From Candidatus Kaiserbacteria bacterium (GTDB lineage: Bacteria; Patescibacteriota; Minisyncoccia; Phycocordibacterales; Phycocordibacteraceae): DNA of 64,000 bases. Position 1 is the first letter of the stretch; the number at the start of each line of letters is the position of its first letter. The notes under the pieces are model-generated. The model made no database searches and was not told the DNA's origin. It saw only the letters and a program-made list of their open reading frames with translations. Made by a program: the position numbers and the translations under genes. Shown piece after piece: positions 55,273 to 64,000 of the stretch. The stretch covers positions 340,562 through 404,561 of the forward strand of contig OY969413.1 in NCBI GenBank assembly GCA_963699165.1, in the 5' to 3' direction.

Positions 55273-55833
55273 ATGAGCGATGAGTTGCAAGAAAAAACCG
55301 ATGAGGAGCTCGCCGCGCTTGTTCAAGGAAATAATGAGGCGGCATTCGGTGTACTTATGAGTAGGTATCAGCCGAAGATGCTTCGGTACGGCAGAAAGTT
55401 TCTATCGGAAAATGCTCCCATCGAGGACGTCGTGCAGGAAGTATTTATCAAGACGTATCAAAACATTCGAAGCTTCGATGCCTCGCGGCCGTTCTCGCCG
55501 TGGATATACCGCATCGCGCATAACATGTTCGCAAACACGCTTCGCACCGACAGCCGCCGGCCCTTCGTCACGGTCAACCTCGACCTGTTTTCGGCGCACA
55601 CGGCGTATGAAATCGACCCGGCGGGCGACGAAGAGCGCGAGGAAATGCGTGCGCTCGTGGAAAGCGGCCTTGCGTCGCTTGCCCCGATGTATCGGGAAAT
55701 CCTCGTGCTGTATTATCTGGAACAATTGGGCTATCGGGAAATCGCCGACGTGCTTCGCGTGCCGGTCGGAACGGTCGGCATCCGCCTGCGACGAGCGCGC
55801 GAGGCATTGAAAAAATATGTTGAACGAAACTGA
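55273..55833 (+). CDS. ECF RNA polymerase sigma factor
   Basis: EDVVQEVFIK, FSPWIYRIAHN, YREIADVLRVPVGTVGIRLRRAR. Confidence 0.93.
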   Translation: MSDELQEKTDEELAALVQGNNEAAFGVLMSRYQPKMLRYGRKFLSENAPIEDVVQEVFIKTYQNIRSFDASRPFSPWIYRIAHNMFANTLRTDSRRPFVTVNLDLFSAHTAYEIDPAGDEEREEMRALVESGLASLAPMYREILVLYYLEQLGYREIADVLRVPVGTVGIRLRRAREALKKYVERN

Positions 55834-56527
55834 TATCCAAGAAAGTGTGCTCGATAAAATCCGTTCCGGCGGCGCGCCGATGCATTCGCGGCGGTATTTC
55901 GTGCTGCGCGCGCTCCTCACGGGCGCCGTTGCCACCTTTATTCTCGCATGCGCGCTTTTCGTGCTCAGTTTTGCCGCATGGAGCTCGGCCGCAAGCGGCA
56001 AACAGTTCCTGCTCGAATTTGGCGAGCGCGGCGTCTTTGCATTTCTCGCGCTGTTCCCGTGGCAATTTGTCATTTTTTCTTTCGCACTCTTGGCCGTGCT
56101 TGAGCTTTTTATGCGCGAATATACGCCCATATACCGATTTCCGCTGCTGCGGGTCTTTGCGTGGATTGTCGGCATCGGCATCGTCGGAAGCGCCTTGCTC
56201 GCGCTCACGCCGCTCCATTCGTTTTTGCTTTCGGAAGCCGACCGCGATCGCCTCCCGATTATCGGCGGCGTATATGAGCAAATTCACGATTCGCACGAGG
56301 AACAGGGTGTGTATCGCGGAGACGTCACCGCATTTACCGCAACCGGCTTCGTCATTTCCCATAATGACAATGACCGCGACTCCGATGATGGAACGTGGAC
56401 CGTTGTGCCGCCCGCCGGATTTAATGCGCACACGCTTTCCGTCGGGGAGAAAGTGTATGTTGCCGGACCGCTCGTGGACGGAATCGTGCACGCCTACGGC
56501 GTTCATCCGCTTCCAAACGGCGAGTGA
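55817..56527 (+). CDS. Multi-TM protein, putative anti-sigma factor
   Basis: Overlaps the ECF gene; several TM helices plus a C-terminal OB-like extracytoplasmic domain. Confidence 0.6.
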   Translation: MLNETDIQESVLDKIRSGGAPMHSRRYFVLRALLTGAVATFILACALFVLSFAAWSSAASGKQFLLEFGERGVFAFLALFPWQFVIFSFALLAVLELFMREYTPIYRFPLLRVFAWIVGIGIVGSALLALTPLHSFLLSEADRDRLPIIGGVYEQIHDSHEEQGVYRGDVTAFTATGFVISHNDNDRDSDDGTWTVVPPAGFNAHTLSVGEKVYVAGPLVDGIVHAYGVHPLPNGE

Positions 56528-56561
56528 AATAATTATGAGCCGCCGGTGTATCAACTAGGTA

Positions 56562-57368
56562 ATGACTACTCCAAAACTTATCGCATTCGTTCGCGGGCAG
56601 CTCGCCGCAGGCGTACCTGCTGCCGCCCTTCGGCAAACGCTTATTGCAAACGGCTGGACGGAAAACGACATTTCCGAGGTATTTTCGGTTGTTGCGGGAG
56701 GAACGCCGGCGAAGACCGCGGCTGATGTCAGACCGGCTCAGCGAACCGCGCTCCCGGGCGGCAAAATCGCGCTTTCGGCAGGCACCATCGTTGTGTCGAT
56801 CGGGTACGCGTTGTGGGTCAATCTCGGCGGCGTGCAATCCGTAACGTCGGCGCCCGCATCTTTGCCGAGTCAGGACTTGCAGACACCTATAACTATTTCC
56901 ACGGTTGCACCATCGCCTTCCGCGCCATCACCGGCGAGCGCGAATACGGCGCAAATCGCAACGGCTCCAAAGTCGCCTCCGTCGGCCAAAGCAACGGCAC
57001 CGGCGCGTACGATCCCCGTGGCAACCGAGACGGCTCCTGCCGCACCGGCACCTGCCCCCGCCGCTCCGCCGAAACCCGCGGGCGCATATGCCGACGGCTC
57101 GTATACCGGCACGGCTGAAAACGCGTATTATGGAACCGTGCAGGTGAAGGCGGTTATTTCCGGCGGCAAGATTTCGGATGTGCAGTTTCTCCAATATCCG
57201 AATGACCGTTCGAACTCGAGATTCATCAACGGCCGGGCCATGCCGCTGCTTACGCAGGAAGCAATCTCGGCGCAAAATGCCAATGTCGACGGCGTCTCGG
57301 GCGCGACATTCACCAGCCAGGCCTTTCAGCAATCGCTCGCATCGGCACTTGCGCTCGCAAAAAACTAA
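56562..57368 (+). CDS. FMN-binding (flavinylated) extracytoplasmic protein
   Basis: YADGSYTG, YGTVQV, flavinylation motif VDGVSGATFTS; TM plus Pro/Ala linker. Confidence 0.9.
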   Translation: MTTPKLIAFVRGQLAAGVPAAALRQTLIANGWTENDISEVFSVVAGGTPAKTAADVRPAQRTALPGGKIALSAGTIVVSIGYALWVNLGGVQSVTSAPASLPSQDLQTPITISTVAPSPSAPSPASANTAQIATAPKSPPSAKATAPARTIPVATETAPAAPAPAPAAPPKPAGAYADGSYTGTAENAYYGTVQVKAVISGGKISDVQFLQYPNDRSNSRFINGRAMPLLTQEAISAQNANVDGVSGATFTSQAFQQSLASALALAKN

Positions 57369-58883
57369 ATGAAATTTGTCGACGGTTTTCTGAATAAAAT
57401 CACGATGTACCGCCTTGTGCTGTACTATCTCGTCGCGCTGCTCGGCATTGCGGCCGTTTTTGGCCTGTTCGGCGTTCTTCCGTACAATCCCGCAAATATC
57501 GCCTTCTCGGCGGCAATCATCCTCGCGGTCTGCCGGGCGGCAAACACGATCTTCGCAAAAGCGTTCGGCGCAACAACCAACGTCGAATCGGTCTACATCA
57601 CGGCCCTCATTTTGGCGCTCATCATCACGCCGGTTGCCCCGACCGACCCTGCGGGCATCGGATTTCTCATTTTCGCATCGGCATGGGCGATGGCATCGAA
57701 ATACATTTTCGCAATCGGCAAGAAGCATATTTTCAATCCGGCCGCGTTCGGCGTCGCGCTTTCGGCGATTGCCATAAATCAGTCGGCAACCTGGTGGGTC
57801 GCAGGAAATATTCCGCTTCTGCCGTTCGTCCTTGTGGGCGGACTACTTATCGTCCGCAAAATCCGCCGCGAGGATTTGGTCGTTGCGTTTGCCATCGTCG
57901 CTCTTGTGACTATAGCGCTCACGGGCGGCGGCGATTATCTAAAGTCGATTTCGCAAACGCTTCTGCACTCGTCATTCTTCTTCCTCGGACTCGTCATGCT
58001 TACCGAGCCGCTTACCATGCCGCCGAATCGGTTTCTGCGCATTGTGTACGCATCAATCGTCGGATTTTTGTTTGCGCCTAACATTCATCTCGGTTCGCTT
58101 TATCTTTCGCCCGAGCTTGCGCTTCTCGTCGGAAATATATTCGTCTACATTGTCAGCCCTAAAGGACGCTTTATGCTGTCGCTCGTCGAGAAAAACAAGC
58201 TCGCCGACGGCACGTACGAATTCGTGTTCGCTCCCGACCGCGCATTCGAGTCCTTCAATCCGGGCCAATATCTCGAATGGACGCTCGGACACCGTTTTGC
58301 CGATAATCGCGGCAACCGCCGGTATTTCACCATTGCATCGTCGCCGACCGAAAATTCCGTGCATCTCGGCGTAAAGTTTTACGAACCGAAAAGCACATTC
58401 AAACGGGCGCTGGATGCGATGCGGCCGGGCGATGTCATATCGGTCTCGAATCTTGCGGGCGATTTTACGCTTCCGAAAAACAAAAAGAAGAAATTGGTAT
58501 TTATTGCGGGCGGCATCGGCGTCACGCCGTTTCGCAGCATGGTGCAGTATCTTGTCGATACGAGCGACACACGGCCGGTAACACTGCTCTTTTCAAACAA
58601 AACCGCGTCCGAAATCGCATACAAGGATGTCTTTGATGCGGCCGCAGTGAAAATCGGTCTCAAAACCGTGTATGCGCTGACAAACGAACCGGCGCCCGTT
58701 CCCGGCACCTATGCGGGTATGATTGACCGCGCGCTCATTGAACGCGAAATTCCCGACTTCGCCGAGCGCACGTTTTATATTTCCGGCACACACGGCATGG
58801 TTGAAGCATTCAAGAAGACGCTGCGCGGCATGGGCGTGTCGCCATTCCGCATTAAGACCGACTACTTCCCCGGTTTCGCATAA
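57369..58883 (+). CDS. NqrB/RnfD-like membrane domain fused to an FNR-type FAD/NAD(P)H oxidoreductase
   Basis: ASKY...KHIFNPAAFG, MLTEPLT; RRYFTIASSP, FIAGGIGVTPFRSM, YISG. Confidence 0.88.
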   Translation: MKFVDGFLNKITMYRLVLYYLVALLGIAAVFGLFGVLPYNPANIAFSAAIILAVCRAANTIFAKAFGATTNVESVYITALILALIITPVAPTDPAGIGFLIFASAWAMASKYIFAIGKKHIFNPAAFGVALSAIAINQSATWWVAGNIPLLPFVLVGGLLIVRKIRREDLVVAFAIVALVTIALTGGGDYLKSISQTLLHSSFFFLGLVMLTEPLTMPPNRFLRIVYASIVGFLFAPNIHLGSLYLSPELALLVGNIFVYIVSPKGRFMLSLVEKNKLADGTYEFVFAPDRAFESFNPGQYLEWTLGHRFADNRGNRRYFTIASSPTENSVHLGVKFYEPKSTFKRALDAMRPGDVISVSNLAGDFTLPKNKKKKLVFIAGGIGVTPFRSMVQYLVDTSDTRPVTLLFSNKTASEIAYKDVFDAAAVKIGLKTVYALTNEPAPVPGTYAGMIDRALIEREIPDFAERTFYISGTHGMVEAFKKTLRGMGVSPFRIKTDYFPGFA

Positions 58884-58908
58884 AAAACCGACCTGCGCTG
58901 AGGTCGGT
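58882..58908 (-). terminator. Intrinsic terminator (minus-strand orientation)
   Basis: ACCGACCT-CAGCGC-AGGTCGGT-TTTTT on the minus strand. Confidence 0.7.
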
Positions 58909-59178
58909 AGGGTGCACGAGATGAAAAGAAGAAAGAAGAAGGAATGAGGATGAAGAACGGGAAGATGGGATGAGAGAGAGAAAGAGCAGAATGATTGTGC
59001 GCGGGTGCGGGATTGTTAATAATTAACCCCGCGAAGAAAGAGCGAAAGGAGCTTGAAATGTATATAGAGATGATGTAGAGAACCGGAAAAGGGGAAATCC
59101 GAGTGACGAGCGTAAAGCCGTACTCGAAAAGTTCCGCGCAAGTCCGGATTTCTACAGTCGATTTCAAGCTCCCTCCGA
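58885..59178 (-). ncRNA. Candidate structured ncRNA
   Basis: 125-nt rod closed by a 12-bp IR, a second hairpin, a C/U-rich tract and a terminator. Confidence 0.4.
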
Positions 59179-59207
59179 TTAGTACAACGCACGGCGTCGA
59201 AAAAAAG

Positions 59208-60206
59208 TTACGCGGAATGCGCGGCGGCTCCTCTCGAAACCGCATATTGCATGGGAAACATTTTCAAAATGGTCTTGCGAAGCGCGACGGCATCGGTCAG
59301 CACCTGATCCGATTCTGAAATCATCGCAAGCGGCACGGAAACGATTCTCGGGTCGCGCGGGTTTTTAAACGAATCGAGTTCGACTTTTTGTTCGAGCGAA
59401 TATTTAAGCAGGATATCTTCGGGAATCGCAGCGCTGTTGCAAATGATAGAGTCGGCTTCCCTGCCGAGGTATGTTTCAATCTTCTCGACGAAGTCGCTCG
59501 CGGTATAGTTATCCGTCTCGCCCTTTTTCGTCATGATGTTGAGTATCAAAATGATTTTCGCATGCGAGGCCCGCAGGGATTCTTCCATGCCGCGCGGAAG
59601 CAAAATCGGAATGATGCTGGAATATAAATCGCCCGGACAAACGACGATGTAATCGGCATCCTTGATTGCGTCCGTCACGCATTCCGATGCGGAAACTTCG
59701 GGTTTCAGATAAATTTCCGCAATGGAATGCACCTCGGGATTCCAGAGCGGATTCTTCGCAATAGTATCGATGTTGGTTTCGCCGAAAATGGTGTTGCCCA
59801 TGCGGAGCGAGGCGCACAATTCCGTTTTCTCGTTCGTGACCGGAAGCACGCGATGCGCGCCCAGTCCGGCAATCCGCCACATCGTCTCGAGCGCATCCTC
59901 CGTGCCGCCGACTTTCTCAAGCGCATGGAAAAGAAGATTTTTCACCGAGTGGGAGTGCAAAGCGCCGCCTTCGTAGCGGTACATGAGAGCTTTCGAAAGC
60001 GCTTCGTCGTCGCAGAGCGCGGCAATGCATTTTGTCACGTCGCCCGTATATCCGGCGCCGTTGTATTCCCGCTGAAGCACGCCGGTCGAGCCGCCCGAAT
60101 CGGTGCTCGGACAGATGCCGGTAATTTGGATGTCCGAAATGCCTTTGAGCGCAGCAAGCACCTGCGAATGTCCGGTCCCGCCGCCTATGGTGACAAATTT
60201 TCTCAT
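59208..60206 (-). CDS. YvcK/GlmR (CofD-like) family protein
   Basis: TIGGGTG, DSGGSTG, HSVKNL, PGDLYSSIIP, NIMTKKGET. Confidence 0.9.
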   Translation of the reverse strand: MRKFVTIGGGTGHSQVLAALKGISDIQITGICPSTDSGGSTGVLQREYNGAGYTGDVTKCIAALCDDEALSKALMYRYEGGALHSHSVKNLLFHALEKVGGTEDALETMWRIAGLGAHRVLPVTNEKTELCASLRMGNTIFGETNIDTIAKNPLWNPEVHSIAEIYLKPEVSASECVTDAIKDADYIVVCPGDLYSSIIPILLPRGMEESLRASHAKIILILNIMTKKGETDNYTASDFVEKIETYLGREADSIICNSAAIPEDILLKYSLEQKVELDSFKNPRDPRIVSVPLAMISESDQVLTDAVALRKTILKMFPMQYAVSRGAAAHSA

Positions 60207-60318
60207 GGATGGTCTATGCATATGCAGACGGCGTTGGTATCAAAATATAACACGGCTCTTCGGGGTATAGTTTCAATTCGCTCCTCAAAAACCGCCTTTC
60301 GGCGGTTTTCGGCTTGCC

Positions 60319-60474
60319 CTACTTCTTCGCTTCCTTGAAAACCACGCGCTTTCTAAGTGTCGGGTCAAACTTGGTGACTTCGATTTTGCGGGCAACGGAT
60401 TTCTTGTTCTTGCGCGTCCAAATAACGTGCGGCGACTTGGTCGAACGAAGCTTGATGAGGCGGTCTTGTGACAT
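60319..60474 (-). CDS. rpmG: 50S ribosomal protein L33 (Cys-free form)
   Basis: IKLRST...TRKNKK....KIEVTKFDP.LRKRVVFKE. Confidence 0.9.
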   Translation of the reverse strand: MSQDRLIKLRSTKSPHVIWTRKNKKSVARKIEVTKFDPTLRKRVVFKEAKK

Positions 60475-60555
60475 GTGAAGAAATCTAACAGAATATGCGG
60501 TTTTCTGCAATGGAGCCAGTCGTATCCGCTAGCGATTTGTGATAGCATGATTCCA

Positions 60556-61374
60556 ATGGCAAACCACGGAGAACTGCCGCGATTCCCCACTTCCACGGAA
60601 GGCATAGTTGACAGCGCATACTCAATCTTAGCCAATGAGGAATGCACGGGCAGGACATTTCGAAAGCGCGTTGATGCTCTAATTCCTCTCGAAGAGCGGG
60701 ATTTCCACGAGGACGAATCAATTCCGGCAAAGGATATTCAAGAAGTTTTTTCGGCCGCAGAGTATCATTTGATTCACGAAGAGGCCATGAAAGCTCTTCT
60801 TGAGCGCGGGTTTGAACCTGTGACCATCAACGGCACAATAGATCCGGACGCCGAACTAAATGACCTTTTGAAACCAATCGTTATGAAATATTGGGAGAAT
60901 AACGTGGACGTCCGGGAATACGAACAAAACATTCGGGAGTACGAGTTGCATGGCGAACACGATGTACGAAATTGGATTGCGGAATCGATTGGTGAAACTC
61001 CTGATGTCGTTTCCTTCGGGGATAGAATCAAGATACAGAGTAGAGTCATTGCGAAGTATCGTGAAAATCCTTCAGTGAGTTTGAAAGAGCTTACGCCCGA
61101 TTGCGCGAGGGAGTACTTTAAAGAGAAAACTATTTCTAGTTTTGAGAATATGTCTCTAGATGTTTTCCGAAAAAAAGTAGCTGACGTAGAGCCGAAAAAA
61201 GGCAAGCCATTAAGCAAGGCCGACCTCGAAATAATGCAAGCTGCAGTAGTCAGTAGATTGCGCGAGAGCGACTTCGGCAAAATGTCGACTGTTGTTCAGC
61301 GTGCTATCTCAACCGTATATCTGGGCCGCATGGAAGCAAAAGAGGCGCTGGGGTTGAGTACGAACGACGTGTAG
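60556..61374 (+). CDS. Hypothetical protein
   Basis: Long ORF with lower GC; TAGCAT-N7-ATG at 60556. Confidence 0.65.
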   Translation: MANHGELPRFPTSTEGIVDSAYSILANEECTGRTFRKRVDALIPLEERDFHEDESIPAKDIQEVFSAAEYHLIHEEAMKALLERGFEPVTINGTIDPDAELNDLLKPIVMKYWENNVDVREYEQNIREYELHGEHDVRNWIAESIGETPDVVSFGDRIKIQSRVIAKYRENPSVSLKELTPDCAREYFKEKTISSFENMSLDVFRKKVADVEPKKGKPLSKADLEIMQAAVVSRLRESDFGKMSTVVQRAISTVYLGRMEAKEALGLSTNDV

Positions 61375-61426
61375 TGGTAACGCGCCAGAATTTCTCCCTA
61401 GTTACGCGAGTGAGGTATATAAACCG

Positions 61427-64000
61427 TCAGGCAACCGACGCTTCGATTCGATTCTTTCGTGAGCGTGTCTTTTTCTCGACATCGAAGTATGGTTCGTTGT
61501 TTTTTATGGACACCGTCACTGTTCCACCTTCCATGACGCCGTGGTCAACCATCATCGACGCGAGCGGCGTCAATATTTTATCCTGGATGGCGCGGCGAAG
61601 CGGACGCGCGCCATATTGCGAGCTAAAGCCCTTCTCCGCGAGCCACTGCCGCACTTCCGGCTCGACGCGTAGCACGATGCGCTTTTGCGCGAGCCGCGTC
61701 ATCACTTCTTCGACTTGCGTGTCGACGATTTTCGCAAGCGCTTCTTTCGAGAGAACGTCGAAGATGATGATGTCGTCGAGACGATTCAAAAATTCCGGAC
61801 GGAAATGTTCGCGAAGCGCATCCATGACTTTCTCTTTCGTCTCTTCGTAGCGGGTGACGTCGGTTGCACCCGCGGTGCCGAAACCGATATGCGCGAGCCG
61901 GTCGATGAATTCACCGCCGATGTTGCTCGTAAGAACGATGATGGTGTTTTTGAAATTCACCTTGCGGCCTTTTCCATCCGTCAAATGGCCGGAGTCGAGC
62001 ACCTGGAGCAAAATGTTGAACACTTCGGGATGCGCTTTCTCGATTTCGTCGAACAAAACGACCGCGTACGGGCGATGGCGGATGCGCTCGGTGAGCGTGC
62101 CGGATTCTTCGTAGCCGACATAGCCCGGCGGCGCGCCGATGAGTTTTGCGACCGAATGCTTTTCCATAAATTCGCTCATGTCCACGCGCACGAGCGCATC
62201 GGGGTCGTTAAACATGAATTCCGCGAGCCGCTTCGAAAGTTCTGTCTTGCCGACGCCCGTCGGCCCGAGGAACAGGAACGAACCGATTGGCCGGTTCGGG
62301 TCGCTGATGCCGACGCGCGAGCGCTTCACCGCATCGGTCACCTTCTTTACGGCGATATCCTGTCCGATGATGTTCTTCTTGAGCGATTCTTCCATGCGGC
62401 TCAATTTCGCCGCTTCTTCTTCGAGCATGCGCGCGACCGGAATGCCGGTCCAGCGGGAGACGACCGCAGCAATGTCTTGCTCTGTGACCTCTTCGTTCAG
62501 CACGCGCCGCGATTTTTGGAGCGTCTTCAATCGCTTGAGTTTTATCTCGAGATCCTTCTGCAAATGCGGGATGCGGCCGTAACGAATTTCGGCGACAGTG
62601 CCGAGGTCGGCGGCTATTTCGGCGTTGTCCGCCTGCACCTTAAGTTTTTCGATTTCCGTTTTATTGGAGCGAATTCCAACCAAGACCTCTTTTTCATTTT
62701 TCCATTTAAGCTCGAGTTCGCTTGTCTTCTCTTTCAAATCCGCAATTTCTTCGTCGATTACTTTGAGCCGGCTTTTAATTTCCTTGGAGTCCTCGCTGTT
62801 TAAGTCCTTCTGAAGCGCCTGCCGTTCGATTTCGAGGCGGCGGATTTTGCGGTCGGTTTCTTCCAAAAGCGGCGGCTTGTTTTCAAGCGCGATGCGAAGG
62901 CCGGACGCGGCCTCGTCGATAAGGTCGATGGCTTTGTCGGGCAAGAAACGGTCGCTGATATAGCGCGACGAAAGTTCGACTGCTGCGACGATTGCGCCAT
63001 CGGTGATGCGTACGCCGTGGAAGAGTTCGTATTTATCGCGCAGGCCGCGCAAAATGGCGATGCCGTCTTCAATGGATGGCTCTTGTACGAACACGGACTG
63101 GAACCGGCGCGTGAGCGCGGCGTCCTTTTCGATGTATTTTTGATATTCCTTCAGCGTCGTCGCACCGATGACGCGAATCTCGCCGCGCGAAAGCGCGGGC
63201 TTCAGCATGTTCGATGCGTCAAGCGAACCCTCCGCGCCGCCGGCGCCCACGAGCGTGTGCAGTTCGTCTACGAAAAGAACGACTTTCCCTTCCGCGCGTT
63301 CGACTTCTTTCATTACGTTTTTCATCCGCTCTTCGAATTCGCCGCGATATTTTGTGCCCGCAATCATAAGACCGAGGTCGAGCGAGAGAAGCTCTTTCCC
63401 TTTGAGCGATTCCGGTACGTCGCCGGTCGCCATTCGCGCGGCAAGCCCTTCGGCAATCGCCGTCTTCCCGACGCCCGCTTCGCCGATGAGGACCGGGTTG
63501 TTTTTCGTGCGGCGCGCGAGAATCTGGATGACGCGGTTGATTTCGATGTCGCGGCCGATGACCGGATCGAGTTTGTTTTCCGCGGCAAGCTTCGTCAGGT
63601 TGCGTGCATATTTCGCGAGCGCGCGAAAACGTTTCGGCTCCGCCGGCTGGCCGTCTTTTGAATTTTTAATCTCTTTAAGAACGGCGAGCGCGCCGTCGCG
63701 GGTGATGGAAAAGCGCGTCAAAATGTCGGCTGCGGCGCCCGGATGTTCGATGACGGCAAGAAAAAGATGTTCCGTGCCGACAAAGGCATCGTTCATGCGC
63801 GCGGCGATTTTTCCTGCTTCCTCGAGCGCCTGTGCGAGATCCGGCGTCAGGTAAATCTGGTACGAGGGCGAAAGCACCGACGCGGTCTCGGGCGACTCCA
63901 AATGTTCCAGCACGGCATCGGCGAGCATAATGGTGTCGACTTCCATGCGGTCCAAGATGGAAAACACGAGCGATTCTTCCTGCAGCACGAGCGCGGCAAG
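61427..64000 (-). CDS. clpB: ClpB/ClpC AAA+ chaperone (5' end outside window)
   Basis: LDPVIGR, GEAGVGKT, long coiled-coil M domain, GPTGVGKT, LIGAPPGYVGY, GARPLRR. Confidence 0.93.
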   Translation of the reverse strand, partial: LAALVLQEESLVFSILDRMEVDTIMLADAVLEHLESPETASVLSPSYQIYLTPDLAQALEEAGKIAARMNDAFVGTEHLFLAVIEHPGAAADILTRFSITRDGALAVLKEIKNSKDGQPAEPKRFRALAKYARNLTKLAAENKLDPVIGRDIEINRVIQILARRTKNNPVLIGEAGVGKTAIAEGLAARMATGDVPESLKGKELLSLDLGLMIAGTKYRGEFEERMKNVMKEVERAEGKVVLFVDELHTLVGAGGAEGSLDASNMLKPALSRGEIRVIGATTLKEYQKYIEKDAALTRRFQSVFVQEPSIEDGIAILRGLRDKYELFHGVRITDGAIVAAVELSSRYISDRFLPDKAIDLIDEAASGLRIALENKPPLLEETDRKIRRLEIERQALQKDLNSEDSKEIKSRLKVIDEEIADLKEKTSELELKWKNEKEVLVGIRSNKTEIEKLKVQADNAEIAADLGTVAEIRYGRIPHLQKDLEIKLKRLKTLQKSRRVLNEEVTEQDIAAVVSRWTGIPVARMLEEEAAKLSRMEESLKKNIIGQDIAVKKVTDAVKRSRVGISDPNRPIGSFLFLGPTGVGKTELSKRLAEFMFNDPDALVRVDMSEFMEKHSVAKLIGAPPGYVGYEESGTLTERIRHRPYAVVLFDEIEKAHPEVFNILLQVLDSGHLTDGKGRKVNFKNTIIVLTSNIGGEFIDRLAHIGFGTAGATDVTRYEETKEKVMDALREHFRPEFLNRLDDIIIFDVLSKEALAKIVDTQVEEVMTRLAQKRIVLRVEPEVRQWLAEKGFSSQYGARPLRRAIQDKILTPLASMMVDHGVMEGGTVTVSIKNNEPYFDVEKKTRSRKNRIEASVA

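Noticed and set aside
58862-59245. 127-aa Phe/Ser-rich ORF
   Set aside because: Its composition follows from the pyrimidine tract, and it runs through the terminator and overlaps both neighbours; treated as probably non-coding.
61685-63854. Long plus-strand ORFs opposite clpB (likewise opposite uvrA/B, virD4-like, metK, topA)
   Set aside because: Antisense shadow frames typical of GC-rich coding DNA; no motifs.
1-64000. Alternative genetic code (TGA=Gly) as an explanation for the IS30 start or the short ORFs
   Set aside because: Conserved genes are full-length under code 11 and several end in TGA.

Overview
Chromosomal segment of a moderately GC-rich, reduced-genome bacterium, very probably Patescibacteria/CPR (Parcubacteria-like). 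This is inferred from gene content, compact genes, CPR-type VirD4-like ATPase, pilin-like and HTH-LAGLIDADG-like proteins, and tRNAs without encoded CCA. It uses the standard code 11. Housekeeping genes include uvrC/A/B, tgt, FKBP, dnaX, dus, serS, dprA, topA, rel, parB, cca, ahpC, miaA, metK (with a SAM-I riboswitch), yvcK, rpmG and clpB. They are interleaved with seven IS elements (2x IS30, IS3, IS1595, 3x IS481-like) and three tRNAs. The most unusual signals are: (1) a family of ~180-200 bp palindromic elements downstream of all three tRNAs, each re-creating the host tRNA 3' end; behind tRNA-Leu and tRNA-Trp they also carry an antisense mirror of the host T-arm/acceptor, and the Leu unit is tandemly amplified; (2) a canonical type III hammerhead ribozyme between an unannotated Zn-finger microgene and tRNA-Leu; (3) a two-cassette array with an identical pilin-like N-terminus fused to different peptidoglycan-hydrolase C-termini, each followed by a paralogous partner gene; (4) small palindromic elements inserted in-frame in dnaX, topA and dus; (5) a candidate ~300-nt structured ncRNA, Cys-rich micro-ORFs, a shared -1 frameshift at the IS30 start, and pervasive leaderless and bidirectional -10 promoters. 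All calls are by eye; no database searches were run.
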